Origin: Acidobacteriota bacterium
Lineage (GTDB): Bacteria; Acidobacteriota; CAIWXX01
Reading direction: 5' to 3'
DNA: 64,000 bases
NCBI GenBank assembly: GCA_040755995.1
Contig: JBFMAF010000043.1
Coordinates: forward strand, 64,001-128,000
Shown: positions 8,390 to 17,391 of the stretch, in pieces
How positions within the stretch are numbered: the stretch's first letter is position 1
How the letters are laid out: every line of letters starts with the position of its first letter
The notes under the pieces: generated by a model
Told to the model about the DNA's origin: nothing
Seen by the model: the letters and a program-made list of their open reading frames with translations, nothing else
The model's database searches: none
Program-made: the position numbers and the translations under genes

Positions 8390-9076
8390 TCAGGACTCCG
8401 ACTCCGTGAGCTGCGAGGCCAGCTTGTTTACCGCGAGCGTGACGGCGCCGAGCGTCCGGCCTGCATCCGTGACGGCCAGCAGCACGCGATGCTCATCCAG
8501 TCTCTGCGCGACCACGAATCCCGACTCGTCCTCACAGTAGAGACGTTTGAATGCACGGCGGGGGTAGCTCCGTATCACCCCTGGTATCAACCGTCGGAGC
8601 TCCTCGATGCCCTCCGGCTTGCCCCCAGTCTGCGCCAGAACCACGCCGTCTGGATTCATTACCGCCAGATGGGAGAGTACGCCGCCCAGCTTGACCCATT
8701 CGTCCAACTTCATCGTCAGGTTGCCTCCGCCTCTCCGGATCTCCTCCTGCCTCTTCTGTTCCGCCAGCTTTCGTTCGTCACGGGCCTTCAACGCCAGCAT
8801 GATGAGGCGATGCAAGTCCGTGTCGATCGTTCTTGCGGGCGAGGCAACATCCTGCCTTATCTCGAATGTACCATCCTCCCAGTCTACAACGGTCATCAAG
8901 ACCTCTTCGCCGTACCTGTCGCCCTGGATGGCATGGACCAATCTTCCGTGATCGTAGTGAAGCGACGCCTCGGCCTCGCCGCTCCGCATCACCACCTGGC
9001 AGGTCTTCCTGCCGTTGTACGGGAACTGCAGGAGCTCTACGATGCCGAATTCCTTCAACGATCCTTGCAGCGTCAT
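8390..9076 (-). CDS. DUF4388 (PatA-N) domain plus roadblock/LC7-like domain protein
   Basis: MTLQGSLKEFGIVELLQF...GRLVHA...GEEVL..VVDWEDGTFE is DUF4388-like. C-terminal LAVMNPDGVVLAQ...TLGAV resembles roadblock. Confidence 0.82.
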   Translation of the reverse strand: MTLQGSLKEFGIVELLQFPYNGRKTCQVVMRSGEAEASLHYDHGRLVHAIQGDRYGEEVLMTVVDWEDGTFEIRQDVASPARTIDTDLHRLIMLALKARDERKLAEQKRQEEIRRGGGNLTMKLDEWVKLGGVLSHLAVMNPDGVVLAQTGGKPEGIEELRRLIPGVIRSYPRRAFKRLYCEDESGFVVAQRLDEHRVLLAVTDAGRTLGAVTLAVNKLASQLTESES

Positions 9077-9090
9077 CGGCTGTCCCTCCC

Positions 9091-9246
9091 TTAGCGAGGC
9101 GCGGCCTCCGTCGAATGAAGCTTGCAAGGCCGCTCTGGCCGCGCCTCGCTTAGAGAGTAGAGAGTGGAGAGTAGAGAGTGGCAGTGACGCACCGCTCCAA
9201 GAAATCGGCTCAGTCCCAACATGTTTTTCGCCTCAAGCCATTCCAG
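9091..9246 (+). mobile_element. MITE/REP-like element, copy 3
   Basis: TTAGCGAGGCGCGGCC...GGCCGCGCCTCGCT hairpin, (GAGAGTR)n heptamers, TGACGCACCGCTCCAAGAA...CCTCAAGCCATTCCAG. Confidence 0.75.
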
Positions 9247-9284
9247 CAACGACGAGCTGAAGCCGGAATCGATCGTTCAGGGTC

Positions 9285-9707
9285 TCATTCTCCAATGATC
9301 TTGACCATCACCCTCTTGTCGCGGCGACCGTCGAATTCGCCATAGAAGATCTGCTCCCATGGGCCGAAGTCGAGCTTCCCGTTCGTAATCGCCACCACCA
9401 CTTCTCGCCCCATGATCTGGCGCTTGTGGTGGGCGTCGCCATTGTCTTCGCCGGTGCGGTTATGGCGGTAGCGACTTGGACTGGCGTCGAACGGCGCCAG
9501 CTGCTCGAGCCACCTCTTGTAGTCTTCGTGCAGGCCGGGTTCGTCGTCGTTGATGAAAACGCTTGCAGTGATGTGCATTGCGTTCACCAGGCAGAGCCCC
9601 TCTTTGACCCCGCTCTCCTGCACCGCCGCCTCGACCTTCGGCGTGATGTTCACGAAGTCCATCCGTGCAGGCACCCGCATCGTCAGATAGTGCGTGTGTG
9701 ATTTCAT
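9285..9707 (-). CDS. yjbQ: YjbQ / UPF0047 family protein
   Basis: [22 protein letters not shown] and [15 protein letters not shown] motifs. Confidence 0.92.
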   Translation of the reverse strand: MKSHTHYLTMRVPARMDFVNITPKVEAAVQESGVKEGLCLVNAMHITASVFINDDEPGLHEDYKRWLEQLAPFDASPSRYRHNRTGEDNGDAHHKRQIMGREVVVAITNGKLDFGPWEQIFYGEFDGRRDKRVMVKIIGE

Positions 9708-10531
9708 CTGGTACCTCCTGAGCGCGCCGATGTCGACTCGAGATCCGCGAGGAAGCGCCGGATCGCATCCGCGAAGCGATCGGGTTGGTCTATGAACGGC
9801 CAGTGGCCGGACGGAGCGATCTCGACACAGGGTACGCGCGATTCGGCCAGCAGCTTGCGCGTCCGCGCCGAGGCGCCGCCGGGCGCGCCCGCCACATACA
9901 GGACGGGCAGATCCAGAGCGGCGAGCCGCCGCGCCATGTCTTCAGCACTCGACAGCGCGATGAGCTCCAGCGAATTCGCGAGATACGCCCTCGGGTCGCA
10001 CAACCTCAGGCTCGCGTAGTAACCCCGGTGTGCCGCATCCCGCTCGCCTTGCCGATAGACCAGATCGCGCAAGGCGTCGAAGCCCGACCTGACGAAATCC
10101 TCGACAGAGTACCTCACCGCCTGTCCGCTGAATGAGCAATCGTGTCGCGACTTGTTGCCGTCCACGTCGATCACGGCCCTGACCAGGCTCCTGTGACGTT
10201 CGGCGAACAGAAGCGCAAGGACTCCGCCCATCGAGTGCCCAAGCACGACAACCTGTCCCGCGTGCCTCGTCTCGAGCCATTCGCGCAGCCGGTCGGACTG
10301 TTCTGTCAAGGACAGCGGTTCATCAGTCCAGGCGCTGCGGCCGTAGCTCGGCAGATCGGGGATGAGATGCCGCCACTCCCGTAGCTTCTCGTGCGCCGCG
10401 ATACGCTCGAAGCACAACCCCGATTCGCCCAGCCCATGCACCCACAGCACTGTCTCGGGCGCTCCCTGCGGCGAGTATTCACGAACGAACATCCCATGCT
10501 CGACTCGATGAGCCGGTCGCTGCGCGCTCAT
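9704..10531 (-). CDS. alpha/beta hydrolase
   Basis: [18 protein letters not shown] nucleophile elbow, SGHW. Confidence 0.9.
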   Translation of the reverse strand: MSAQRPAHRVEHGMFVREYSPQGAPETVLWVHGLGESGLCFERIAAHEKLREWRHLIPDLPSYGRSAWTDEPLSLTEQSDRLREWLETRHAGQVVVLGHSMGGVLALLFAERHRSLVRAVIDVDGNKSRHDCSFSGQAVRYSVEDFVRSGFDALRDLVYRQGERDAAHRGYYASLRLCDPRAYLANSLELIALSSAEDMARRLAALDLPVLYVAGAPGGASARTRKLLAESRVPCVEIAPSGHWPFIDQPDRFADAIRRFLADLESTSARSGGTR

Positions 10532-10546
10532 CGACACGCGACCTCG

Positions 10547-10713
10547 CTATCGCGGCGTCGAGCGGGCGACGACATGCCGTTGGCGTATGATGGGCAGCGT
10601 CCGGTGGCAGACCGCGTCACTCCCACTCTCTACTCTCCACTCTCTACTCTCTACGCCAGGCGCGGCCGCCTCGGCCTGGTACGGTTCTTCCGGCCGAGGC
10701 CGCGCCTCGCTAA
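10547..10713 (-). mobile_element. MITE/REP-like element, copy 4 (inverted, divergent right arm)
   Basis: Reverse strand reads TTAGCGAGGCGCGGCCTC...TAGAGAGTAGAGAGTGGAGAGTAGAGAGTGGGAGTGACGC (39/40 identical to 9151-9190). It begins at the TAG stop of carbamate kinase. Confidence 0.7.
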
Positions 10714-11657
10714 GCGTGGACCCTGGTGCCTTCCCTGCCATCCAGCGCCTGAATGATGTTCTCCGCATTCGTGATGATTGCGGTGCCACCGGTGCCTTCG
10801 GCGAATTCGATCGCCGCCTCGACCTTGGGCCCCATGGACCCGGCAGGGAAGTGCCCTTCGAGCAAGTACCTCTTCGCTTCCCGGACGGAGATGTCGTACA
10901 GGTCCCGCTGGTTCGGCTTCTCGAAATTGATCGACACGCGCGGAACACCCGTCAGCAGGAAGAAGTGCGATGCCTTGATGCCGATCGCAATGAGAAACGA
11001 GGTGCGATCCTTGTCGATCACGGCGTTCACGAGCTCGAATGTGTTGTCCGGTCTGCGAACCACGGGAATGCCTCCGCCCCCTCCTGCGATCACCACATTG
11101 GCGGTCTTGAAGGCGTCCGGGATGATTGCGTTCGCGAAGACTTTCACGGGCGCAGGCGACGGCACCACACGTCGGTAACCCCGTCCTGCATCCTCGATGA
11201 TCGTCCAGTCCGGAAACCGCTTCCTCACCTCATCGGCCTCCTCGCGCGTGTAGAACGGCCCGACCGGCTTCGTCGGATTCCCGAAGGCCGGGTCATCCCC
11301 CCTGACCTCCACCTGCGACACGATCGTCAGAACCTCGAAGTCACGCTTCTCCCGGTTGACGGTGTTGATGATCGCGAGCTCCAGCATCGTACCGATCTCG
11401 GCCTGCGTCAGCGCATCGCACACGGCCAAGTCCAGCGGCGGGATGTTCTCTTTCAGCCCGGCAAGCTGCCTCAGATAGGCCAATCCAACCTGCGGGCCGT
11501 TGCCGTGAACCACGACCACGTTGAAATCGCGGATCACAAGGTGCTTCACCAGCTGGGCCGCCTGGTAGGCCTTGCCCATCTGCTCCTCCATCGAGCTCCG
11601 CCCGTCGGATAGAGCGTTCCCACCAATGGCGACAACCGCTATGTTCTGAGCACTCAC
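10710..11657 (-). CDS. arcC: carbamate kinase
   Basis: VAIGGNAL, HGNGPQVG, PTKPVGPFY, GYRRVVPSP, VIDKD and GSMGPK motifs; GTG start after GGAGG. Confidence 0.95.
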   Translation of the reverse strand: MSAQNIAVVAIGGNALSDGRSSMEEQMGKAYQAAQLVKHLVIRDFNVVVVHGNGPQVGLAYLRQLAGLKENIPPLDLAVCDALTQAEIGTMLELAIINTVNREKRDFEVLTIVSQVEVRGDDPAFGNPTKPVGPFYTREEADEVRKRFPDWTIIEDAGRGYRRVVPSPAPVKVFANAIIPDAFKTANVVIAGGGGGIPVVRRPDNTFELVNAVIDKDRTSFLIAIGIKASHFFLLTGVPRVSINFEKPNQRDLYDISVREAKRYLLEGHFPAGSMGPKVEAAIEFAEGTGGTAIITNAENIIQALDGREGTRVHA

Positions 11658-11713
11658 CGGGCGCCTCCGTAGATCGACCTCTGAAGAAGCTACAGAATTA
11701 TACCACACCGATC

Positions 11714-13084
11714 CTAGGGCCGGCCGCCGCCCGGCGGCGACTGGCCCTCCGATCTTTGCGTCAGCCATGCGTACGTATCTTCCAGCAGCTCGGCGATCTG
11801 CGTTCGCTGCTGGAGCAGCCGGCCTCTGGCCGAGGCCGGGGTCAGACGGGCCGCCACGAAGCTCCGCACCAGCTCCAGCACCTCCGCCTCACGCTCGCCG
11901 GCAAACAGCGTGGCCAGCGCGAGTGTGGCGAGCAGCAGGGCCGTAAGGCCCCCGATCCGAGCGCCGCCGAGCGCTCCCGCCCCCACCGATAGCGCCGCAA
12001 TCCACAAGATGAACGACACTGCACCGCCCAGGACCTTCCATGTAGCCCGGACGTCGACGCTGACCTCTTGTCGCGAGGCGAGGACATGCACCAGCATGTA
12101 TGGGATCGCAAAGATCAGGGCGCCTGCCGCAGCCAGAGGGACCAGGGGGATGCCCAGGAGGACCTCGCGAACGGCAAAGCGAATCACTACGGAAGGAGGC
12201 ACGTTCAGGTCGAGCCCCTCGTCGCGCAAACCGAACCGCGCTATGCGGCGCTCGTAGCGCTGGAGCTGGGTGTAGACGAGCGCGAAGCGACCCGGGTCGC
12301 GCGCGCGCAGCATATCAAGCCCGCCGGCGATCCGCCGGCGCCGAATCAGACGGGCCTCAGAGCCAGCGTCCAGCCGCCGCGCGGTGCTATAGAGCCGTTC
12401 CACCCTCGCTACCAACAGCGCATCCCCCGCCGGATCGGCCTCGACAAGCACGTCGCGCAATCGGAAGGAGATCTCGCCGGTCAGATCCCTGACGGCCTCG
12501 GCGGAGTCCGCCCGGTAGACATCCAGCCGTTGGTCGCAGTAGAACGGGCGGCCGTAGGCCACGATCACCGTCGAGCGGAAGATGGCTTTCCGGTCGAAGT
12601 TGAGCCCTACAGGCACGATCGCAACGCGCGTTCCGCGGGAAGCCGCCGCCAGAGCGATCCTCGCGGCTCCGGTGCGCAGCGTCTCCAGGCGGCCGGATGA
12701 ATGGCTGATCCCCTCGGGAAACAGGCAGACTGCATCGCCGCCGTCAAGCGCCCGTCCGACCTCCTCGAACATCTCCACGTTGCGCCCGACGTCCTCGCCT
12801 GCGTCTTTCCTCCGATACACCGGGATCGCGCGGGAGGCCTTGACCAGCCTGCCGATCAGAGGCATTCGAAAGAGCGTCGACTTGGCGAGGAATCGCGGCC
12901 GGCGTGTCGCCGTGGCGATCAGCAGCGCGGGGTCGAGGAGGGCGTTCGGGTGGTTTGCCAGCAGCAGCAAGGGGCCTTCGGGCAGCGTTCCGCCGGCCAC
13001 CTCGACTTGGTAGAAGATCCACGTTGCGGCGCGCGCCAGCCACGCGACAACTGCCGGGCCGGCTCGACCTCCGTTTCCGCCCAT
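11714..13084 (-). CDS. phospholipid/glycerol acyltransferase (PlsC-like) with C-terminal membrane segments
   Basis: NHPNALLD (NHX4D), FLAKSTLF, FPEG. Confidence 0.88.
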   Translation of the reverse strand: MGGNGGRAGPAVVAWLARAATWIFYQVEVAGGTLPEGPLLLLANHPNALLDPALLIATATRRPRFLAKSTLFRMPLIGRLVKASRAIPVYRRKDAGEDVGRNVEMFEEVGRALDGGDAVCLFPEGISHSSGRLETLRTGAARIALAAASRGTRVAIVPVGLNFDRKAIFRSTVIVAYGRPFYCDQRLDVYRADSAEAVRDLTGEISFRLRDVLVEADPAGDALLVARVERLYSTARRLDAGSEARLIRRRRIAGGLDMLRARDPGRFALVYTQLQRYERRIARFGLRDEGLDLNVPPSVVIRFAVREVLLGIPLVPLAAAGALIFAIPYMLVHVLASRQEVSVDVRATWKVLGGAVSFILWIAALSVGAGALGGARIGGLTALLLATLALATLFAGEREAEVLELVRSFVAARLTPASARGRLLQQRTQIAELLEDTYAWLTQRSEGQSPPGGGRP

Positions 13085-13085
13085 G

Positions 13086-14441
13086 TCACTGGCGTGTACT
13101 TTCAGCCGCCTCGCGCGCGTGGCGCTCCGCCTCCCGCGCAAGCCGCTCGCCTTCGGGCACGTTCACGAACGCCAGCAGGGCGGCACCGACGACGAAGAAA
13201 AAGATGATCGAGAGTATGGCCGCTCGACTGGACCCGGTCTGGCCGACTGCGGCGGCGAAGAGGAGCGGGCCGAGAATGCCCGCGAACTTCTCGAATACAG
13301 CAAAGAACCCGAAGAACTCGGAGGACTTGTAGCGCGGGATCATGGTAGCGAAGAGCGACCGGCTCAGGGCCTGGCTGCCGCCCTGAACCATCCCAACCAG
13401 GATGGCGAGGAGGTAGAAGTGAAGAGCGGTGGTCATGTAGTAGCCCAGAACGCTGACGACCATGTATACGGCGAGAGAGATAAACACGGCGCGCTTGGCT
13501 CCGACCCATGCTGCCATCCGTCCGAACAGAAACGCGAAGGGGATTCCGATGAACTGCACCATGAGCAGCGCGAGGATGAGATGATGCTGGGCGATCCCGA
13601 TCTGCGCCCCGTACAGCGATGCCATTCGGATGATGGTGTTGATGCCGTCGTTGTAGAGGAGGAAGGCGAGGAGCATCAGGAGGGCCTGCTTGAACCGCGC
13701 GAGCTCGCGGAACGTGCCCCCGAGTCGCGCAAATGCCGCGATGAGAGCGTTTCGTCGCGCACCTTCGCGCTCGTCAAGCTGCCGCGGCGGCTCGGGGACG
13801 CGGCGGAACAGGGGTATCGAGAACAGAGCCCACCAGATCGCGACACTCAGGAACGAGAGCCGCGACGCGGTGGCCGTGTCGGCGAGGCCGAACCAGGAGG
13901 GCTTCTCGATGATGACCAGGTTGAGCGCGAGGAGCAGGCCGCCGCCGAGGTAGCCCAGGGCATATCCGGCGGTAGAGACGCGGTCGAGCTCATCGCTCCT
14001 TGCGACGTGCGGCAAGAGGGAATCGTAGAAGGTGAATGCGCCTGAGACACCGATATTTCCTAGTACGAAGAGGATCAGCGCGAGGAGCCAGTCGCCGCGG
14101 CCGATGAGGACCATGAGCGCGCAGGCAGTCACACCGATGCTTTGGAAGACGAACAACAGCCGCTTCTTGATGCCGGCGTAGTCGGCCAGGGCGCCGAGAA
14201 GCGGCGAGATCAGGGCGACGACCGTGAGCGCGATGGTCGTTGCGATGCTGAATCGAAACGCTGCAGCGTTGGGGGCCAACTTGTCTGCCGCGACTTCGGC
14301 ATAGTAGATGGGGAACACCACGGCGATGATCGTAGTCATGAAGGCGGAGTTCGCCCAGTCGTACATGGCCCAGGCGCGGAGCTCGCGCCGGTGCAGGCCG
14401 AAACGTTCAGCGAGCGGGGCCCTCGCGCGTTCCTTTCTCAC
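13086..14441 (-). CDS. MFS transporter (ATG22/UMF1-like)
   Basis: WAMYDWANSAF, FYDSLL, GYLGGG, QALSRSLF; many TM segments. Confidence 0.9.
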   Translation of the reverse strand: MRKERARAPLAERFGLHRRELRAWAMYDWANSAFMTTIIAVVFPIYYAEVAADKLAPNAAAFRFSIATTIALTVVALISPLLGALADYAGIKKRLLFVFQSIGVTACALMVLIGRGDWLLALILFVLGNIGVSGAFTFYDSLLPHVARSDELDRVSTAGYALGYLGGGLLLALNLVIIEKPSWFGLADTATASRLSFLSVAIWWALFSIPLFRRVPEPPRQLDEREGARRNALIAAFARLGGTFRELARFKQALLMLLAFLLYNDGINTIIRMASLYGAQIGIAQHHLILALLMVQFIGIPFAFLFGRMAAWVGAKRAVFISLAVYMVVSVLGYYMTTALHFYLLAILVGMVQGGSQALSRSLFATMIPRYKSSEFFGFFAVFEKFAGILGPLLFAAAVGQTGSSRAAILSIIFFFVVGAALLAFVNVPEGERLAREAERHAREAAESTRQ

Positions 14442-14462
14442 GCAGGTGCCTCCTGCCTGTTC

Positions 14463-15746
14463 CTATCGACGCTCGTCCAGGTGGGGAATCCACGGTATCA
14501 TTATCATCGACGGAATTGACGCGAAAAACGCGAGCATAAAGAGACCGACGTATCCGACGTGCTCGACGATCACCCCGCCGAACCCGCCGACGACGGTGAG
14601 ACCGACGGACATGACGGCGGAGCCGACCGCGTAGTGAGCGGCCTTGAACTCGGGGCGGCACGTGCGCATGAGGTAGATCAAGAGAGTCGCGTTGCCCATG
14701 CCGCCCGCCCATTCCTCGTACGCGTGTATGATCGCGATCCAGGTGAGGCCGCCGACTGTCGCCGGATCCGGCTTCCAATAGGCCAGCCCTATGTATGCCC
14801 AGATGTTGAGATTCATCATCAGGGTCAGCGGCCAGATGGCGCGCTTGAGTCCGAGCTTCGAAATGAGCCAGGCGCTCAGCAGCGAGCCGGCGATGGAGCC
14901 CCCGGTCCCAAGTATACCGGCCAGCCACGAAAGCTGCCCCATCGACACTCCGAGATAGCGCATGAGGAACGCCGTCCGCATGGAGAACATGATGTTGTCT
15001 CCGAGCTTGTACATCATGACGAATGCGAGCATCAGGATGACGCGAGGCTGAGCCAGGTATGTTCGAAACGCGAGGAGGAACTGAGATCCGGCAGCGCGCT
15101 GCCCCGGGGGCTGCGATCCCGCAGGGTGCTCCGGCTGGGGCAGGAACCAAGAATGGAACAGGAAGATCAGCGTCATCGTGGCAGCGGCGATCGCCCAGCT
15201 CCAGACCCAGCCGATCACTGCTGCCGCCGCCACCAACACGCTCCTGCCGTATATGATTGCCATCCGGTACGACATCACCCTGTCTCCGGTGTACCTCGCC
15301 TGCTCGTCCTTGTCGGTCAGTGCGGTCAGGTAGTATCCGTCTATGGCTATGTCATGAGTCGCGCTGGCGAAGGCTAGCGCGGCTCCGACGAAGGCTATGA
15401 TCTCAAGAACGTGAGGTGGTGCTGATCCCTCAACGCCTATCGCGCGGATCGCGAGCACGGCGACGGCCGCGAGGCCGACGCTCAGCACGGCTTCGATCAC
15501 GAGCAGCCAGCGGCGCTTCGTGCTGTACATGTCTACGAACGGAGCCCAGAGGAACTTGATATTCCACGCCAAAGCGAAGAAGTTGAGGTACCCGAGGTAC
15601 CGCTCCTTGACGCCCAGATCGGTGTAGAACACCGTAAACATGTAAATCACGATCACGTACGGGAATCCCTCGGCGAAGTACGTCGAGTTCACCCACCCGG
15701 TGGTCTTCAGATCACGAGCGGGCCTGGCGGGACGCTGTTCTTCCAT
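14463..15746 (-). CDS. AmpG-like MFS permease
   Basis: YFAEGFPY, KFLWAPFVD, SATHDIAIDGYY, YKLGD. Confidence 0.85.
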   Translation of the reverse strand: MEEQRPARPARDLKTTGWVNSTYFAEGFPYVIVIYMFTVFYTDLGVKERYLGYLNFFALAWNIKFLWAPFVDMYSTKRRWLLVIEAVLSVGLAAVAVLAIRAIGVEGSAPPHVLEIIAFVGAALAFASATHDIAIDGYYLTALTDKDEQARYTGDRVMSYRMAIIYGRSVLVAAAAVIGWVWSWAIAAATMTLIFLFHSWFLPQPEHPAGSQPPGQRAAGSQFLLAFRTYLAQPRVILMLAFVMMYKLGDNIMFSMRTAFLMRYLGVSMGQLSWLAGILGTGGSIAGSLLSAWLISKLGLKRAIWPLTLMMNLNIWAYIGLAYWKPDPATVGGLTWIAIIHAYEEWAGGMGNATLLIYLMRTCRPEFKAAHYAVGSAVMSVGLTVVGGFGGVIVEHVGYVGLFMLAFFASIPSMIMIPWIPHLDERR

Positions 15747-15800
15747 CACCACTCCAACAAAGTGGCGTATCGTAGCACACCACCCTGCCGGGCGGCCAAT

Positions 15801-15829
15801 TTGACAGAGGTGCATGACGGCGCTATCTT
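15801..15829 (+). promoter_or_regulatory. sigma70-type promoter
   Basis: TTGACA-17 bp-TATCTT upstream of the 15954 ORF. Confidence 0.5.
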
Positions 15830-15953
15830 CGAGCCAGTCATGGCATGGTTGCTCTCTTGCGATCTAAGGGGGCTCCAGGCTCGGTATCAATGTCCGCAAC
15901 ATTTGTGCGCATGAGTTCAATAAGCGAGTTCCAGTATCTCCGGGAGGAGCGTC

Positions 15954-16739
15954 ATGAAGATCATCATTCGCATCGTAATGACCATCGCCTTGGCGATGGG
16001 CGGGTGGGAGACCGCAGCCGGCGAGCCAGAGGCACCGCTTCCGGTTTCAAGGGCAGGCCAACGGCTCATTGTGATCTTCATGAAGGGGTTCGACGCTGCT
16101 ACAGTGCTGGACAATCCCACCGACCACATCCAGGACGAGATCAGGGCGACTTTTGCCGGTCACAACGTCGAATTCAAGATCACGAACACGGCCTCGCGAA
16201 CGGACCTGGCCACGGCTCTATTCCGCGCCGACATTTTCTACCTCAACGCCCATGCGGTCACTCCGTATCAGGTGGATATCCTGTCGGGCACCGGCCTGGA
16301 GGCCCGCAAAGAACTGATGCAAGGGATACTGGTCGCACCGTCGGACGACAACAAGGACAAGTCCCCAGGGGGTAACTCGATCGCAACGGCTCTTTACATC
16401 AGGCAACAGCGAATGGCACAGGGCCCGGGCAAGGGACCGAGGCTGGTGATAGTGAACGGATGCTCGCTCACGGACCGGAAGGATGGCGTCATCATGGTCA
16501 ATCGTATCAGCCACGCCGTCGGTGTCCCGGACTCATCCACGGATCGCACCTTCGTGGGCTGGGACTACCGTGTGCTCGGCGGCAGCCAGGACGGGAACTT
16601 CGCTGCCATGTTACGGAAGTGGACCACGGCTGGTCCTGACGGCACATGTCCGACCATCGAAGAGGCGATCAACGCCACCAACTGGGGGGCTGTGAAGCAG
16701 CCCGTAATAGTCGGCGCCCGTAGCCTGCGTTACAAATAA
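15954..16739 (+). CDS. secreted protein, possible caspase/CHAT-like (clan CD) fold
   Basis: GGAGGAG RBS; signal peptide MKIIIRIVMTIALAMGG; IFYLNAHA and LVIVNGCS recall the His/Cys dyad strands. Confidence 0.55.
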   Translation: MKIIIRIVMTIALAMGGWETAAGEPEAPLPVSRAGQRLIVIFMKGFDAATVLDNPTDHIQDEIRATFAGHNVEFKITNTASRTDLATALFRADIFYLNAHAVTPYQVDILSGTGLEARKELMQGILVAPSDDNKDKSPGGNSIATALYIRQQRMAQGPGKGPRLVIVNGCSLTDRKDGVIMVNRISHAVGVPDSSTDRTFVGWDYRVLGGSQDGNFAAMLRKWTTAGPDGTCPTIEEAINATNWGAVKQPVIVGARSLRYK

Positions 16740-16748
16740 TCGGGCATC

Positions 16749-17135
16749 ATGACAATGCCGGACCAGCCAGAGAGGCATCGCTCGCAATCCGCGACCCCCG
16801 AGGAAGCACCGGACCTAGGGACAGCAGCGAGTGATGAGACGGTGATGCCTGGCCGCGGTGATGATTCTCGGAGGCTATGCCGTGCACACCCGACTGCAGG
16901 CACGCTCTCAGGCGCTCGCCGCGCAGAGGTTTGGAATCGAGATCAAAGACATCGAGGCGATGCAGCGGTATTCATGCCTGTCGCCCCTTCACGACACGAG
17001 GCCTGATACGGCGGCGCTGCGCGAACGGGTGACCGAGATCGCGCGAATGATCGAGGAGCTGGGTAGCACGGCCGCCGGCCCTGGCAACTATGCCCTGGGC
17101 CGAGGCTACCTCGCGCTACGCGACTATCGCGAGGG
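16749..17135 (+). pseudogene. remnant of a Ser/Thr kinase-TPR gene
   Basis: AQRFGIEIKDIEAMQRY..LSPLHDT...GPGNYALGRGYLAL resembles the post-TM region of myxobacterial/acidobacterial kinases. No kinase domain; frameshifted and truncated. Confidence 0.45.
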
Positions 17136-17260
17136 CCATGTCGTTCCTGTTACTCAATCCGGTGTTCATCGCCTTCCAGCCTCGGCCGCCATTGGTCGTC
17201 CTGAACACACCGCTGGCCCACGTTCCGGCGTAGACTGTCAAGGGATGCTGGTGGCTTCTG
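17130..17260 (-). pseudogene. fragment of a BNR/Asp-box beta-propeller gene
   Basis: PLTVYAGTWASGVFRTTNGGRGWKAMNTGL is a single Asp-box blade with no gene start. Confidence 0.55.
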
Positions 17261-17391
17261 TGATACAGCTCGCCCTGCTCTCCGCCTGATCGAGGCCACC
17301 ACGGCGACAATGGTGACCGCTATGGCCCATCCCAGGACCATCCAAATCGCCCAACCGCCACGGGACCGTAGGACCGACTGATTGTCCACTC

